From assembly GCA_965649295.1 (NCBI GenBank), contig CBFGKH010000001.1, forward strand, positions 224,001 through 288,000: 64,000 nt of DNA, in the 5' to 3' direction. A program made the position numbers and the translations under genes. This document shows positions 18,828 to 28,501 of this stretch, piece after piece. Below the pieces are notes generated by a model, which ran no database searches, had not been told where the DNA came from, and saw only the letters and a list, made by a program, of their open reading frames with translations. The first letter of the stretch is position 1. Every line of letters begins with the position of its first letter. This stretch comes from a candidate division WOR-3 bacterium (lineage in GTDB: Bacteria; Hydrothermota; Tepidihabitantia; Tepidihabitantales; Tepidihabitantaceae).

Positions 18828-20417
18828 GTGCTCCAATTGCTGATCATCGTTGGCTACCTTGCCATGCTGGCCGTCCTCGGCCTGTGGGCAAGACGACTGC
18901 ATACTGGCGGGCATGAGTCATACTTTCTCGCCAATCGCTCAGTCGGCCCGGTTGCACTGCTCCTTACCATGGCCGCCACCAACTTCTCAGCCTTCACCAT
19001 CCTTGGCTTCTCTGGCGCCGGCTACCGGATTGGTTACGGCTATTACCCGATAATGTCATTTGGCACCGGCCTGATGGCAGTCACTTTCTTCTTCATCGGC
19101 ATCCCCGCCTGGCAGGCAGCCCGACGACTCGGCGCAATCACTCCGCCTGAACTCATCTATCGCCAGCTCGGTCACCGTCCGCTCCATCTTGCCTACTTGG
19201 CAGTGATGGTCATCTTCACCCTGCCCTATCTCGCGATTCAGCCGATTGGCGCTGGCTACGCGCTCCAGAGCCTGCTCGGCATACCCTACCGATTTGGTTC
19301 GGCCCTGGTTGTGCTGATTGGTACGAGTTACGTCCTGCTTGGCGGGCTGCACGGCGATGTCTTGACCGACGTCTTCCAGGGGCTCGTGATGCTAGTTGCC
19401 CTCGTCGTGGCGTTTGTTGCTACTTCGCTCGCGCTTGGCGGCTTTACCGCTGCCAGCGCTAGTGTCCTGAAGGAAATGCCCGAACTCTTCGCCCGGCCCG
19501 GCGGTGGCGCCACCCTGCCAGCCGGCATCTGGTTCTCATACCTCCTGCTCTGGCTGCTCTGCGACCCGGTCTTTCCCCAACTCTTTCAGCGATTCCTTGC
19601 TGCCCGCAGCGCCAACTCGCTAGCACTCTCGGCAACCTTGTATCCGGTCGTTACCGGCATTCTTTTCTTTTTCCCGGTTGCCATTGGCGTCCTTGGCCAT
19701 CTCGTCGCTCCCGGACTTGCTGGACAGGCCAGTGACAGCATTCTGCCACTGGTTGTCAACCGACTCTTGCCCAGCTGGCTAAGTGCCGTTGTCGTCGCTG
19801 GCACCCTGGCCGCCCTGATGTCAACGATGGACTCCCAGCTTCTCACGCTCAGCTCAATGCTTGTGCGCGACAGCGGACTGGCGCGCCTGCCGCCGCGCTT
19901 GGCAACAATGCTGCTGGCCGGAGTCGGACTGGCAATTGCCCAGCGGCCGCCCGCACCATTGCTGGAGATAGCCACCGAAACTTTCACCGGTCTTGCCGTA
20001 CTCCTCCCAGTGACAGTCGCAGCCATCTACTGGCCGCGACTCAACGGTTGGGCCGGATTCGCTTCAATCGTTACTGGCGAGGCAATGGTCACACTCTACC
20101 ACTACCGGCTCCTGCCCAGATTCGGTCTGCTGCCTGTCGTCCCAACGACGGTTGTCGTGACCGCAGTGCTGGTTGCCGGTAGCTTGCTCGGACGCCCCTC
20201 GAATCGTCCACCATTGGCGCGGCTGGCCCCTGGTGCATGGCGCTGGTTGGCTACCACGGCACTCGTCTTCCTACTCGCCTTGGACCTCTGGAACTGGAAC
20301 AGAACCGAGCCCCTCTGGCTGGGAGTTCCCTACTGGTTGTGGTACTCAGTCGGACTTAACGGCTTGCTCGTCCTGCTCTTCGCCCGGATGAGCCGCGCTC
20401 GCCTTTTTCTTGACTAA
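18828..20417 (+). CDS. Sodium:solute symporter (SSS, PanF/PutP-like) with C-terminal DUF3311-like segment
   Basis: YFLANRSVG, ATNFSAFTILGFSG, TDVFQG, AALMSTMDSQLL; about 13-14 hydrophobic helices plus a tail containing WNWNRTEPLWLGVPYWLW. Confidence 0.88.
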   Translation: MLQLLIIVGYLAMLAVLGLWARRLHTGGHESYFLANRSVGPVALLLTMAATNFSAFTILGFSGAGYRIGYGYYPIMSFGTGLMAVTFFFIGIPAWQAARRLGAITPPELIYRQLGHRPLHLAYLAVMVIFTLPYLAIQPIGAGYALQSLLGIPYRFGSALVVLIGTSYVLLGGLHGDVLTDVFQGLVMLVALVVAFVATSLALGGFTAASASVLKEMPELFARPGGGATLPAGIWFSYLLLWLLCDPVFPQLFQRFLAARSANSLALSATLYPVVTGILFFFPVAIGVLGHLVAPGLAGQASDSILPLVVNRLLPSWLSAVVVAGTLAALMSTMDSQLLTLSSMLVRDSGLARLPPRLATMLLAGVGLAIAQRPPAPLLEIATETFTGLAVLLPVTVAAIYWPRLNGWAGFASIVTGEAMVTLYHYRLLPRFGLLPVVPTTVVVTAVLVAGSLLGRPSNRPPLARLAPGAWRWLATTALVFLLALDLWNWNRTEPLWLGVPYWLWYSVGLNGLLVLLFARMSRARLFLD

Positions 20418-20922
20418 CAGCTTGCCGGCCTCGACGGAAGAAATCCTCCCATTCCGCAACTGCGCCCGGCGTCATCTCCGGCTTCTCAGCCGAGGACTCA
20501 TCGCCGCGGGCAGCCGGACCTCGGCCAAGCGCCGATAGCTCGCTGGCGAAGTCGGCAGCCGAGACGACTCTTACGCCATAATCGCGGGCGTGCAAAGCGA
20601 TGGAGTTATCAGAAGACACCAGTAAGCAGGCCCTTGGGTGTTTCTCGACCGCCATCATTCTCTTGATGACATCATCAGCACTCTGCGGGTGGCGGGAATA
20701 GACTACGTCAACTCCGAAATGCCGGGACGAAATTGACCGAACCGATGTGCTCTGGCCGTCAAAAACAACTGTCACTCGCACTTTTCGCGCCACACTGTAG
20801 CGCTCAAGCTGAGCGACCAACCGCTCACGCGCCCTCTCCGTATCAACAGGCAGCAACTTGGCCAGTGCCGGAATCTTGTGGATGAGATTGTAGCCGTCAA
20901 CAATGCAGCGCTGCTGCGACAC
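20356..20922 (-). CDS. NYN-domain (YacP/Rae1-like) PIN-fold nuclease
   Basis: IVDGYNLIH, VTVVFDG, SADDVIKR, LVSSD; GTG start 7 bp after the upstream stop. Confidence 0.85.
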   Translation of the reverse strand: MSQQRCIVDGYNLIHKIPALAKLLPVDTERARERLVAQLERYSVARKVRVTVVFDGQSTSVRSISSRHFGVDVVYSRHPQSADDVIKRMMAVEKHPRACLLVSSDNSIALHARDYGVRVVSAADFASELSALGRGPAARGDESSAEKPEMTPGAVAEWEDFFRRGRQAVSQEKGERGSSGRRAGRASR

Positions 20923-20929
20923 AGTCTGC

Positions 20930-22903
20930 CTATGGTGCCAGCCCCACCTGTAGCAACAACCCGACGGTTGCCGCCACCAGTGAGACAACAGTGATAATTA
21001 ACCCGGTACGAAACCAGGCGCCAAAGCTGATTGACTGGCCGGTAACTCGCTCATACATTCCCACCGCGACGAGGTTGGCGCTGGAACCCACCATCGTCAG
21101 GTTGCCACCGAAACAGCCACCAAACAACAGCGCCCACCACAAAACTGACGCGTGGGGTAACTTCACTGCCTGCAACGACTTCACGACCGGTACAAGCGCA
21201 GCAACGATTGGCATGTTATCAACAAAACCCGACCCAACACCAGCACCCCAGAGCATCAACACCAGCGCTGAGCCGGTTACGCCGGCGCTGCCAAGCAGGT
21301 GATTAACCGGCGACCGTTCGGCTGCCTGCAGCAACAGGTAGCCAATCTTGGTCGTCACGCCGGTGTGCTCGAGACAGGCCGCGCAGGCAAACAGGAACAT
21401 AAAGAACAAGAGCGTCCACCAGTCAATACTCCGGGCGATGAGCTGCCGGCCGCGCTCCTGCTCGACAAAAATCACAAAAGCAACCGCGGCCAGCGGCGCT
21501 GCCATCAGCATCGTCCCTTCACCCAATCGTAGCAACGTTTCAAGTCGCGCGTGAAACATAATCGCCGCCACGACCGCAAGAAACGTGATACCTCCCAAAC
21601 GCAGCTCATCGGTATCGAAGCCACTTGCCATCCGCTCAAACTCACGATTGTCCACAACCTGCCGCGTCGCCAGTTGGCGACGAAACAGTAGTACTATCAG
21701 TCCACCGATGGCCAGCGCCGAGACAAAGGAGATTGGCGTTGCCCAACGTAGGAAATCCTCAAAGGTGAGCTGGGCAATGAACGCGAGATACACGCCAATG
21801 GGATTACCGACAAGCGTCAATGCGCTGCCGATATTGGTAGCAAAGACCAGCGCTAAGAGGTAGGGTAACACCGGTGTCTTGGTGCGGCGAGCAATCTCCA
21901 CTGCCAGCCCAAATGTCACCAGGATGCCCGAGACCTCGCCGACAAAACCACTGAGCAACACCGAAAAACCCATCAGGATTAGCAGCAAGACCCACGGCAC
22001 GCCGCCGACCCGACGGACGACCTGAATGACAATGAACTTGAACAGCCCCTTGTCCTCTACCCACTTGATTAGCACCATCATTGCCATCACGAAGATGATC
22101 GTCGGCAGCGACATGTACTCAACCATCTGCGGCAGGTCAATAACTCCCGCCAGCAATAGCAGGCTGAGTCCCACTCCCACAACCGCCAACCGAAACTTCC
22201 AGAAAAGTAGGGTGCCAACAATCATGGCAGCGAAAATCGCTACCACCAGTGCCTGCCGGGACAGCCACGGCTCAAAGTTGAACCGCAGCAGACCAAGCTC
22301 CTCATAGACGCTCCCCGCCGACAACACTACTCGCGGCAGCAGCAGCTTGGCGCCCACCCAAACCCCAACTACTACCAGCGCTGTCAGCAGAATGCCTCGA
22401 CTCCGCCAAAGCCAGTTTGGGGTCGGCGAACGTCGCAGCAGTTGCACAATCTGCTGAGCTGAACTGGCCCGCAACAACCGGCCCTTCAGATACTCGTTCC
22501 CGAGCAGGCGGGCAACCGCCGCTAATGTCTGCAGGTAGCGTGACCGCGCTGCTGCGTCGGCAACAATAACCGCGACCAGTCGTACCGGTTCTCCATCAAC
22601 AGCGTGCCAGTCTATACCGCTGCGAATCCGGACCAAAACAACTGCCGGCTCAGTCCCGGTTGCCGGAATCAAAGCGTGCGGCAACGCGACACCAGCGCCG
22701 ACCCCAGTCGAACCCTGCGCCTCACGCTGCAACAAGGCCTGCACCAAGCCGGCCTTATCGGTGACCAGGCCGGCGGCCGCCAGTCGCTCGGCCGCAACGC
22801 GAAAGACCTCTTCTGGTCCGCTAGCCTCGGCCAGGTCAACAACCAAGTCTATCCCCAAGTTGAGACCTGGTTCGTGTCGGCCAGTATGAATTGGGTCAGT
22901 CAA
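20930..22903 (-). CDS. PTS EIIA domain fused to ArsB/NhaD/CitMHS-type (IT superfamily) permease
   Basis: REAQGSTGVGAGVALPHA; permease motifs ATNIGSALTLVGNPIG, IDWWTLLFF, SGFVDNMP, GGNLTMVGSSANLV. Confidence 0.85.
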   Translation of the reverse strand: MTDPIHTGRHEPGLNLGIDLVVDLAEASGPEEVFRVAAERLAAAGLVTDKAGLVQALLQREAQGSTGVGAGVALPHALIPATGTEPAVVLVRIRSGIDWHAVDGEPVRLVAVIVADAAARSRYLQTLAAVARLLGNEYLKGRLLRASSAQQIVQLLRRSPTPNWLWRSRGILLTALVVVGVWVGAKLLLPRVVLSAGSVYEELGLLRFNFEPWLSRQALVVAIFAAMIVGTLLFWKFRLAVVGVGLSLLLLAGVIDLPQMVEYMSLPTIIFVMAMMVLIKWVEDKGLFKFIVIQVVRRVGGVPWVLLLILMGFSVLLSGFVGEVSGILVTFGLAVEIARRTKTPVLPYLLALVFATNIGSALTLVGNPIGVYLAFIAQLTFEDFLRWATPISFVSALAIGGLIVLLFRRQLATRQVVDNREFERMASGFDTDELRLGGITFLAVVAAIMFHARLETLLRLGEGTMLMAAPLAAVAFVIFVEQERGRQLIARSIDWWTLLFFMFLFACAACLEHTGVTTKIGYLLLQAAERSPVNHLLGSAGVTGSALVLMLWGAGVGSGFVDNMPIVAALVPVVKSLQAVKLPHASVLWWALLFGGCFGGNLTMVGSSANLVAVGMYERVTGQSISFGAWFRTGLIITVVSLVAATVGLLLQVGLAP

Positions 22904-22906
22904 TCG

Positions 22907-23320
22907 CTAGCCTGCGTTGGTGATGAGAATTGGACAGGGCAGAGTGGGCAGAAACTCATCAGGCAACCGGTAGTTTGAACCAGCAAGGCTCGCCGAGCTT
23001 AGCACGACAAGGTCACTACCGGTATTGTGAGCCAGGGTCTGAATATCCTCAACATCGCCCTCACGGGCCATGACCGATGATTTGATGCCGGCTGCCTTGA
23101 ACTCCTCTTCCAACCGATAGAGGTCGTGCCAGCACTTGCGCTCACGCTCCTCCCGTACAACCATACGGCGAGTATCGCCATCCGTGGTTGTCTCGCGATT
23201 ACAACCGATGGCAAACAGAGCACTGAGCAACACGGTGCTGTCGGTCCGCCGGGCGAGGTCCATTACCAGATGCTTCTCCTCCTGCTTTTCGCTCACGATA
23301 TAGAGTATCTTCTTGAACAT
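22907..23320 (-). CDS. Universal stress protein-like protein
   Basis: MFKKILY.., REGDVEDI, SDLVVL, LPCPILI match the USP fold pattern. Confidence 0.65.
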   Translation of the reverse strand: MFKKILYIVSEKQEEKHLVMDLARRTDSTVLLSALFAIGCNRETTTDGDTRRMVVREERERKCWHDLYRLEEEFKAAGIKSSVMAREGDVEDIQTLAHNTGSDLVVLSSASLAGSNYRLPDEFLPTLPCPILITNAG

Positions 23321-23335
23321 TGGCTTAGACTCCCT

Positions 23336-25282
23336 TTAGGGTGCCAGACGCAACTGCAGTAGCAGTGCAGCCGTGGCAACAACAAGTGAAACTGCCGTTA
23401 TTATCAGGCCATACTTGAGCCATTCAACAAACCGCACTGACTTTCCGGAGACTTTCTCGAATGCACCAACGGCCACCAGGTTCGCAGTTGACCCGATGAC
23501 GGTGAGGTTGCCGCCGAAACAACCACCGAACAGCAGCGCCCACCACAGAATGGACGCGTGCGGCAGACCGGCCCGCGCCAGGTCCTTGACCACTGGTACC
23601 AACGCAGCAACAATTGGCAGGTTGTCCACAAACCCCGAAGTCAAACCGCTGAACCAGAGCATCAGCACCGCTGTGACGCCCGTGACGTTAGCCGGCGAGG
23701 CCGCTGCCCCAGCGATGGCCCGTGAGGTATTCAGCATCACATAACCGAGCTTGGTAGTGACGCCGGTGTACTCCAGACAGGCGGCGTTGGCAAACAAGAA
23801 CATGAAGAACAGTAGCGTCCACCAGTCAATCCCGCGCTCGACCAGCAGCCGACCCTTTTCCTGCTCGTAGAAAACGATGAAACCGACAACCAGCAACGCC
23901 TCAGCTACCAGGGCTGTCCCCTCAGCCAGGTTCAACAACAACTCAACCCGACGATGGATTGCTACCAGCAGGATCACTGTGACAAAGGTGATAATCCCGG
24001 TGCGTAGCCGGGTGAAATCGACGTTCTCGGCCGACCGTTCGAGGTCGCGCAGGTCAAGGTTGTAGCGCTGGCCGAAGAACTGCTTGCGATAGAGTAACAG
24101 ACAGATAGCAGCCGTAACCACTGCCGCCAGCACTGATACCGGTGTCGCCCAGCGCAAAAAATGCTCAAAGCTCAACTTACCGGCAAACGCAATATAGACG
24201 CCAATCGGGTTGCCAACGAGGGTTACTGCGCTGCCGACATTGGTCGCAAATACAAGACAGAGTAAGTAAGGTACCAGTGGCGCCCTGGTCCGGCGTGACA
24301 CCTCCAGCGCCAGCCCGAAAGTGACCAGTATTGCCGATACCTCATCCGCGAACCCGCCAAGTAGCACCGAAAAACCCATCAGGAACAGTAGCAGCAACCA
24401 GGGAATGCCACGCACCCGTTGAATCGCCTTTGTCACGAGATAGCGGAAAACGCCGATATTCTCAAGCCACTTGACAATCACCATCATCGACATAATGAAA
24501 AGGATCGTCGGTATCGACATGAACTTGACCGTTGTGTCCAGGTCCATGACGCCAGCGACCAGTAGGATTCCCAGGGCGGCGGCAGCGATAGCGACCCGGA
24601 ACCGCCAGAAGAGCAGCGTGCCCAGCACCATACCGACAAAGAGCGTGACGGTCAGGTTCTGACGGAATAGCCAGACCGGCTCAGATAGATGGGCGAACTC
24701 CTCACTGGCATAAGGACCGGTATTGGGTAACACAATCCGCGGCAGAACAGTCTGGGCCACCGCATAGACAAACAAGACTGCCGCGCCGAAAAACGCCAGT
24801 CGCCGATGACGTTCAAAGAAACCGGCATGAGGCGGATTGGTAATGGCACGGACGATGTCGCGCGGATTACGGGCAGCAAGCACTGCCTGCTGCACCGACG
24901 GCTGGTTAAGAGAACGTGCCAGCTCCGCCAGCAACTCCAAATACTTGCTGCGACGGTTGGCGGCGGCCACGATGATGACAACAACCCGCACCGGCTCGTC
25001 GTCAGCACCGCCCCAAGGCATACCGCGGGCCAGCCGAACAATGACCACTGCTGGCTCGGTAACGCCATCCATTATTGCATGCGGCAGAGCTAGGCCGTGG
25101 CCAACTCCGGTCGGCCCCTGGGCCTCGCGCCGTTCCAGTTCAGCAATGAACGCGGCTGCATCGGGTATTGTCCCGCGCTCGACCAGCTTCGCGGCCGCCA
25201 ACTCAAATACCTGCCGCGGCGACTCGGCTGAGGTCAATTCAAATGTCAGCTCCGGCCGAACGAAATCAGCCAGCTTCAACAC
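23336..25282 (-). CDS. Second PTS EIIA - ArsB/NhaD-type permease fusion (paralog)
   Basis: REAQGPTGVGHGLALPHA; ATNVGSAVTLVGNPIG, SGFVDNLP, GGNLTVIGSTANLV. Confidence 0.85.
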   Translation of the reverse strand: MLKLADFVRPELTFELTSAESPRQVFELAAAKLVERGTIPDAAAFIAELERREAQGPTGVGHGLALPHAIMDGVTEPAVVIVRLARGMPWGGADDEPVRVVVIIVAAANRRSKYLELLAELARSLNQPSVQQAVLAARNPRDIVRAITNPPHAGFFERHRRLAFFGAAVLFVYAVAQTVLPRIVLPNTGPYASEEFAHLSEPVWLFRQNLTVTLFVGMVLGTLLFWRFRVAIAAAALGILLVAGVMDLDTTVKFMSIPTILFIMSMMVIVKWLENIGVFRYLVTKAIQRVRGIPWLLLLFLMGFSVLLGGFADEVSAILVTFGLALEVSRRTRAPLVPYLLCLVFATNVGSAVTLVGNPIGVYIAFAGKLSFEHFLRWATPVSVLAAVVTAAICLLLYRKQFFGQRYNLDLRDLERSAENVDFTRLRTGIITFVTVILLVAIHRRVELLLNLAEGTALVAEALLVVGFIVFYEQEKGRLLVERGIDWWTLLFFMFLFANAACLEYTGVTTKLGYVMLNTSRAIAGAAASPANVTGVTAVLMLWFSGLTSGFVDNLPIVAALVPVVKDLARAGLPHASILWWALLFGGCFGGNLTVIGSTANLVAVGAFEKVSGKSVRFVEWLKYGLIITAVSLVVATAALLLQLRLAP

Positions 25283-25393
25283 CGAAACACCTCAAGAAAG
25301 AACATCGTCCTCCTTACAGATGAGAGCAGAGAAAGGCACTCAATAACCCATTTGCGCTGGCATCACCGGCGCCCTCCAAAGTATCCCGATATG

Positions 25394-25421
25394 AGTATAG
25401 TCTCGCTTGCCCATCTGTCAA
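25394..25421 (-). promoter_or_regulatory. Sigma70-type promoter of the EIIA-permease operon
   Basis: TTGACA-16 bp-TATACT. Confidence 0.65.
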
Positions 25422-25630
25422 AGCACCGCGACCGCAAACTCTGCAAACAGACACCTATCCTGCTAACTTGCATTGACAACAGCAGAACAGACCCAAGTCT
25501 AGCCACGGGAACGTTAGTCGCCTCGTTACCGTCGCCTCTTGCTAGCCGAAGCTAACACTTGAAAGAACCTAAACTTGACAGACCGTAACGTCAGGCTAGA
25601 ATGAATCACAAGTTTCTAAGGAGGACCCGA

Positions 25631-26251
25631 ATGCGTCGTACACTGTTCGCACTGGCCGTATTCGCCGCAGCAGCTCTGCTTCTGACAGCTTGTGAGCAAC
25701 GCTCCAATGTGCTGCGGGTCGCGAACATCAATGACGGTATCCCAGTCTATGCAGACATCGCCGACTGGTACCTCTACATCCACGGCGACCCAGCTGAACC
25801 CGACTCCGACTGGATTGCGTTCTTCAACGACGACATTGCCGATGTTGAATTCCAATATGTAGAAATCGGCGCCGGTCTTCCGACCTGGACCCCCTACGTC
25901 GCCACCATCAACTCCTACACAATCTGGTACCGTTCATCCGCAGACACGACTGTCACCTACGATTCAATAGTGGTGCCGACCACGGTAGTTGTCCCCGCCG
26001 ACCGTGAAGGAAAGCGTACAACTAAAGCCAAACTGATGCTCGTATCCGGTTCTTGGAAGCAGCAGTTCTTCCGGTCTCGAATTGGCGATGAACCCAACGA
26101 CGGCGACGGCTTCAACGACATACTACAGGCTCGTATCAAGTTCTCCGGCTACGACTCAGTAGCAAATCGGAAAATCACAGCTAGGGCAAATGCCACGATT
26201 CGGGTCGCGGATTTCTGGGATAGTCCAAGCAGTTACGAAGGCGGTCGCTAA
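25631..26251 (+). CDS. Hypothetical lipoprotein
   Basis: GGAGG RBS; MRRTLFALAVFAAAALLLTA-C lipobox; beta-rich mature region. Confidence 0.75.
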   Translation: MRRTLFALAVFAAAALLLTACEQRSNVLRVANINDGIPVYADIADWYLYIHGDPAEPDSDWIAFFNDDIADVEFQYVEIGAGLPTWTPYVATINSYTIWYRSSADTTVTYDSIVVPTTVVVPADREGKRTTKAKLMLVSGSWKQQFFRSRIGDEPNDGDGFNDILQARIKFSGYDSVANRKITARANATIRVADFWDSPSSYEGGR

Positions 26252-26407
26252 CGGCAACCGGCGACGCCAAGTCAGAACTACATAGGCTCTGTTTTGTCAT
26301 TTTGGCGACGACTGCCTCCTAGGCCAATGCCTAGGAGTCTATAGTGTCGTGGCCTAAGGTTAAGCCAGACCACGACAGAGGCAGTTCGGTACATCAAAGG
26401 AGGTTCT

Positions 26408-28435
26408 ATGGACCGTAAGACCGTATTGGTGGCGCTGCTGACGGCGGCAATGTTCCCGGCGGCAGCTTTCGCTTATATTGGAGTCGGCGGTGGTCGCGGT
26501 CTGTTCCGCGTCCAAAGCGCAATGGTCGAAGAAGCTGCCGGCCTCACTGTTGGATTCCACGCACTTGGTCGCAAGGCTGACTTCGATATCTATGACCTTG
26601 GTATCCCCGCCTTGATGGACAAGACCGCCTGGGTGGCGGATGTCATCGGACCAGAAGTCTGCTATGCGCCCGTCGCGACGAAATATCTCGGTCTCGAGCT
26701 GTTTGGCTCGTGGGGTGGCAAGTTTCAGATGCCACAAGACACAGCCATCACCGGCATCAGCATTGCCAGCGGAATGAGAGACGCCAAAGTTGGCGGCAAA
26801 CTCTCGGTGCCATACCTACCTGTACTCAAACTGGGTGTAAGTGGCGACTACAGCTTCGACCTATTTGATGAAACCCGCCAATGGGCAGACCCGACTGCGC
26901 TACCGATTGTTAGAGACCCGGCATACACCTGGCGGGTACTTGCCGACTTGCGATTCCAAGACCTTCTGCCGGCAGTGCCCAACCTTTTCTTCAACTACGG
27001 TAAGGTGAACGGCAACACCGAGATCGGCGCTGGGCTCGAACTCGCTGGCAAAAACCTCGGTCTCTTCGTCGAAGCACTCTCATCGCAACCTGCCGGTCGC
27101 GGCCCGCTCGACATGACGCGGAACGACCCGACCAACCCGACAGCCCCGCAGGGGCACGTCTACCTGACGCCGGGCGTAGTGCTCGGTTCACCATCTGGTG
27201 TCGCCCTCAAACTGGCCTACACAATGGCCTGGGGCTGGCACGAGTATGATGAACTCCTTGCCGGACTGACCATTGCCACCGGTTTCGGCAAGCGCGTACC
27301 GCCGCAATTCGGCTCCATCGCCGGATCAGTGACTGACGAAGTAACTGGTGCACCAATCGCGGCCAACATCAGCTTCCCCGACCATCCTAAGCTGGCCCCA
27401 TTGGTTGCCGACGCGAACACCGGACTGTTCACAGCCAAGAAGGTACCGGTCGGGTCTGTAACGGTCGAGGTGACAGCTGAAGGCTACCGGAAGATGATCG
27501 TTCCGCTCGCTATCGAGAACAACAAAGTCACACCGTACGAATTCAAACTCAAACCCCTTGTCGTTTATGGCAGCATCGCCGGCGTTGTGACCGACGCCAA
27601 GACCGGCAAACCTCTCGATGCGACGATTGAGTTCCCGGGCAGCAGCCTGTCACCGGTAACAACCAACGCCGCTGATGGTTCATTCCGGGTCCAGCAGGCC
27701 CCGGTCGGCGCTTACACGGTCACCGCGTCGGCTCGTGGCTATGTTCGCAGCTCCCAATCGGTAGCAGTTGAGCAGGGCAAAGCCGTTGCCTTGACATTTG
27801 CCCTGAACCCAGTTGAGGTAACGCCAGCGGTCAGTCCGAGCATCTTCACTGGTACAATCAAGGATAAGAAGACCGGTGCGCCAATAGCCGGCACAATCAG
27901 GTTCCCGGGTACAACGTTGCCTGACGTGACCGATGATACCAAGACTGGGGTCTTCCAGGTAGAACTTGCGCCCGGCTCCTATGCTGTAACAGTTGAAGCC
28001 GAAGGTTACGTCCGTCAGGTCGCCGCCATCGTTGTCGAACCAGGCAAACCGCTCGTCCGCGACTTCGAGCTCGTCAAAGAAGGTATGGCGATTACGCTCA
28101 AAGGCATCTACTTTGATGTCGGCAAGGCGACAATCAAACCAGAGTCGCATGAAGCCCTAGCTGACGCAGCCAAGATTCTCAAAGACAATCCCACCATCCG
28201 CGTTGAGATTCAGGGACATACCGACAACACCGGTTCGGATGCCCTGAACATGAGGCTCTCCGATCAACGGGCTTGGGCTGTCGTCAACTACCTTGTTGAG
28301 AACTTCGGCATCGACCGGAACCGATTGACCGCCAAAGGCTACGGCAAGAACCGGCCAGTCGCCTCAAACGACACGCCAGAAGGACGTGCTCTGAACCGAC
28401 GAGTTGACTTCGTAATCCTCAGCGGCGAGAAGTAG
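26408..28435 (+). CDS. OmpA-family protein: N-terminal putative beta-barrel, three carboxypeptidase-regulatory-like domains, C-terminal peptidoglycan-binding domain
   Basis: Signal peptide; 3x G-x-I-x-G-x-V-x-D-x-x-TG-x-P-I; IYFDVGKATI, IQGHTDNTG, LSDQRA, NRRVDF. Confidence 0.9.
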   Translation: MDRKTVLVALLTAAMFPAAAFAYIGVGGGRGLFRVQSAMVEEAAGLTVGFHALGRKADFDIYDLGIPALMDKTAWVADVIGPEVCYAPVATKYLGLELFGSWGGKFQMPQDTAITGISIASGMRDAKVGGKLSVPYLPVLKLGVSGDYSFDLFDETRQWADPTALPIVRDPAYTWRVLADLRFQDLLPAVPNLFFNYGKVNGNTEIGAGLELAGKNLGLFVEALSSQPAGRGPLDMTRNDPTNPTAPQGHVYLTPGVVLGSPSGVALKLAYTMAWGWHEYDELLAGLTIATGFGKRVPPQFGSIAGSVTDEVTGAPIAANISFPDHPKLAPLVADANTGLFTAKKVPVGSVTVEVTAEGYRKMIVPLAIENNKVTPYEFKLKPLVVYGSIAGVVTDAKTGKPLDATIEFPGSSLSPVTTNAADGSFRVQQAPVGAYTVTASARGYVRSSQSVAVEQGKAVALTFALNPVEVTPAVSPSIFTGTIKDKKTGAPIAGTIRFPGTTLPDVTDDTKTGVFQVELAPGSYAVTVEAEGYVRQVAAIVVEPGKPLVRDFELVKEGMAITLKGIYFDVGKATIKPESHEALADAAKILKDNPTIRVEIQGHTDNTGSDALNMRLSDQRAWAVVNYLVENFGIDRNRLTAKGYGKNRPVASNDTPEGRALNRRVDFVILSGEK

Positions 28436-28455
28436 TAAAGCGACAGAGAGTAGCT

Positions 28456-28484
28456 AGAGGCGGCGGGCGATGCCCGCCGCCTCT
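28456..28484. terminator. Hairpin terminator between convergent OmpA and PAC2 genes
   Basis: agaggcggcgggc-gat-gcccgccgcctct. Confidence 0.7.
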
Positions 28485-28501
28485 CTTTAGGATTCGAACC
28501 G

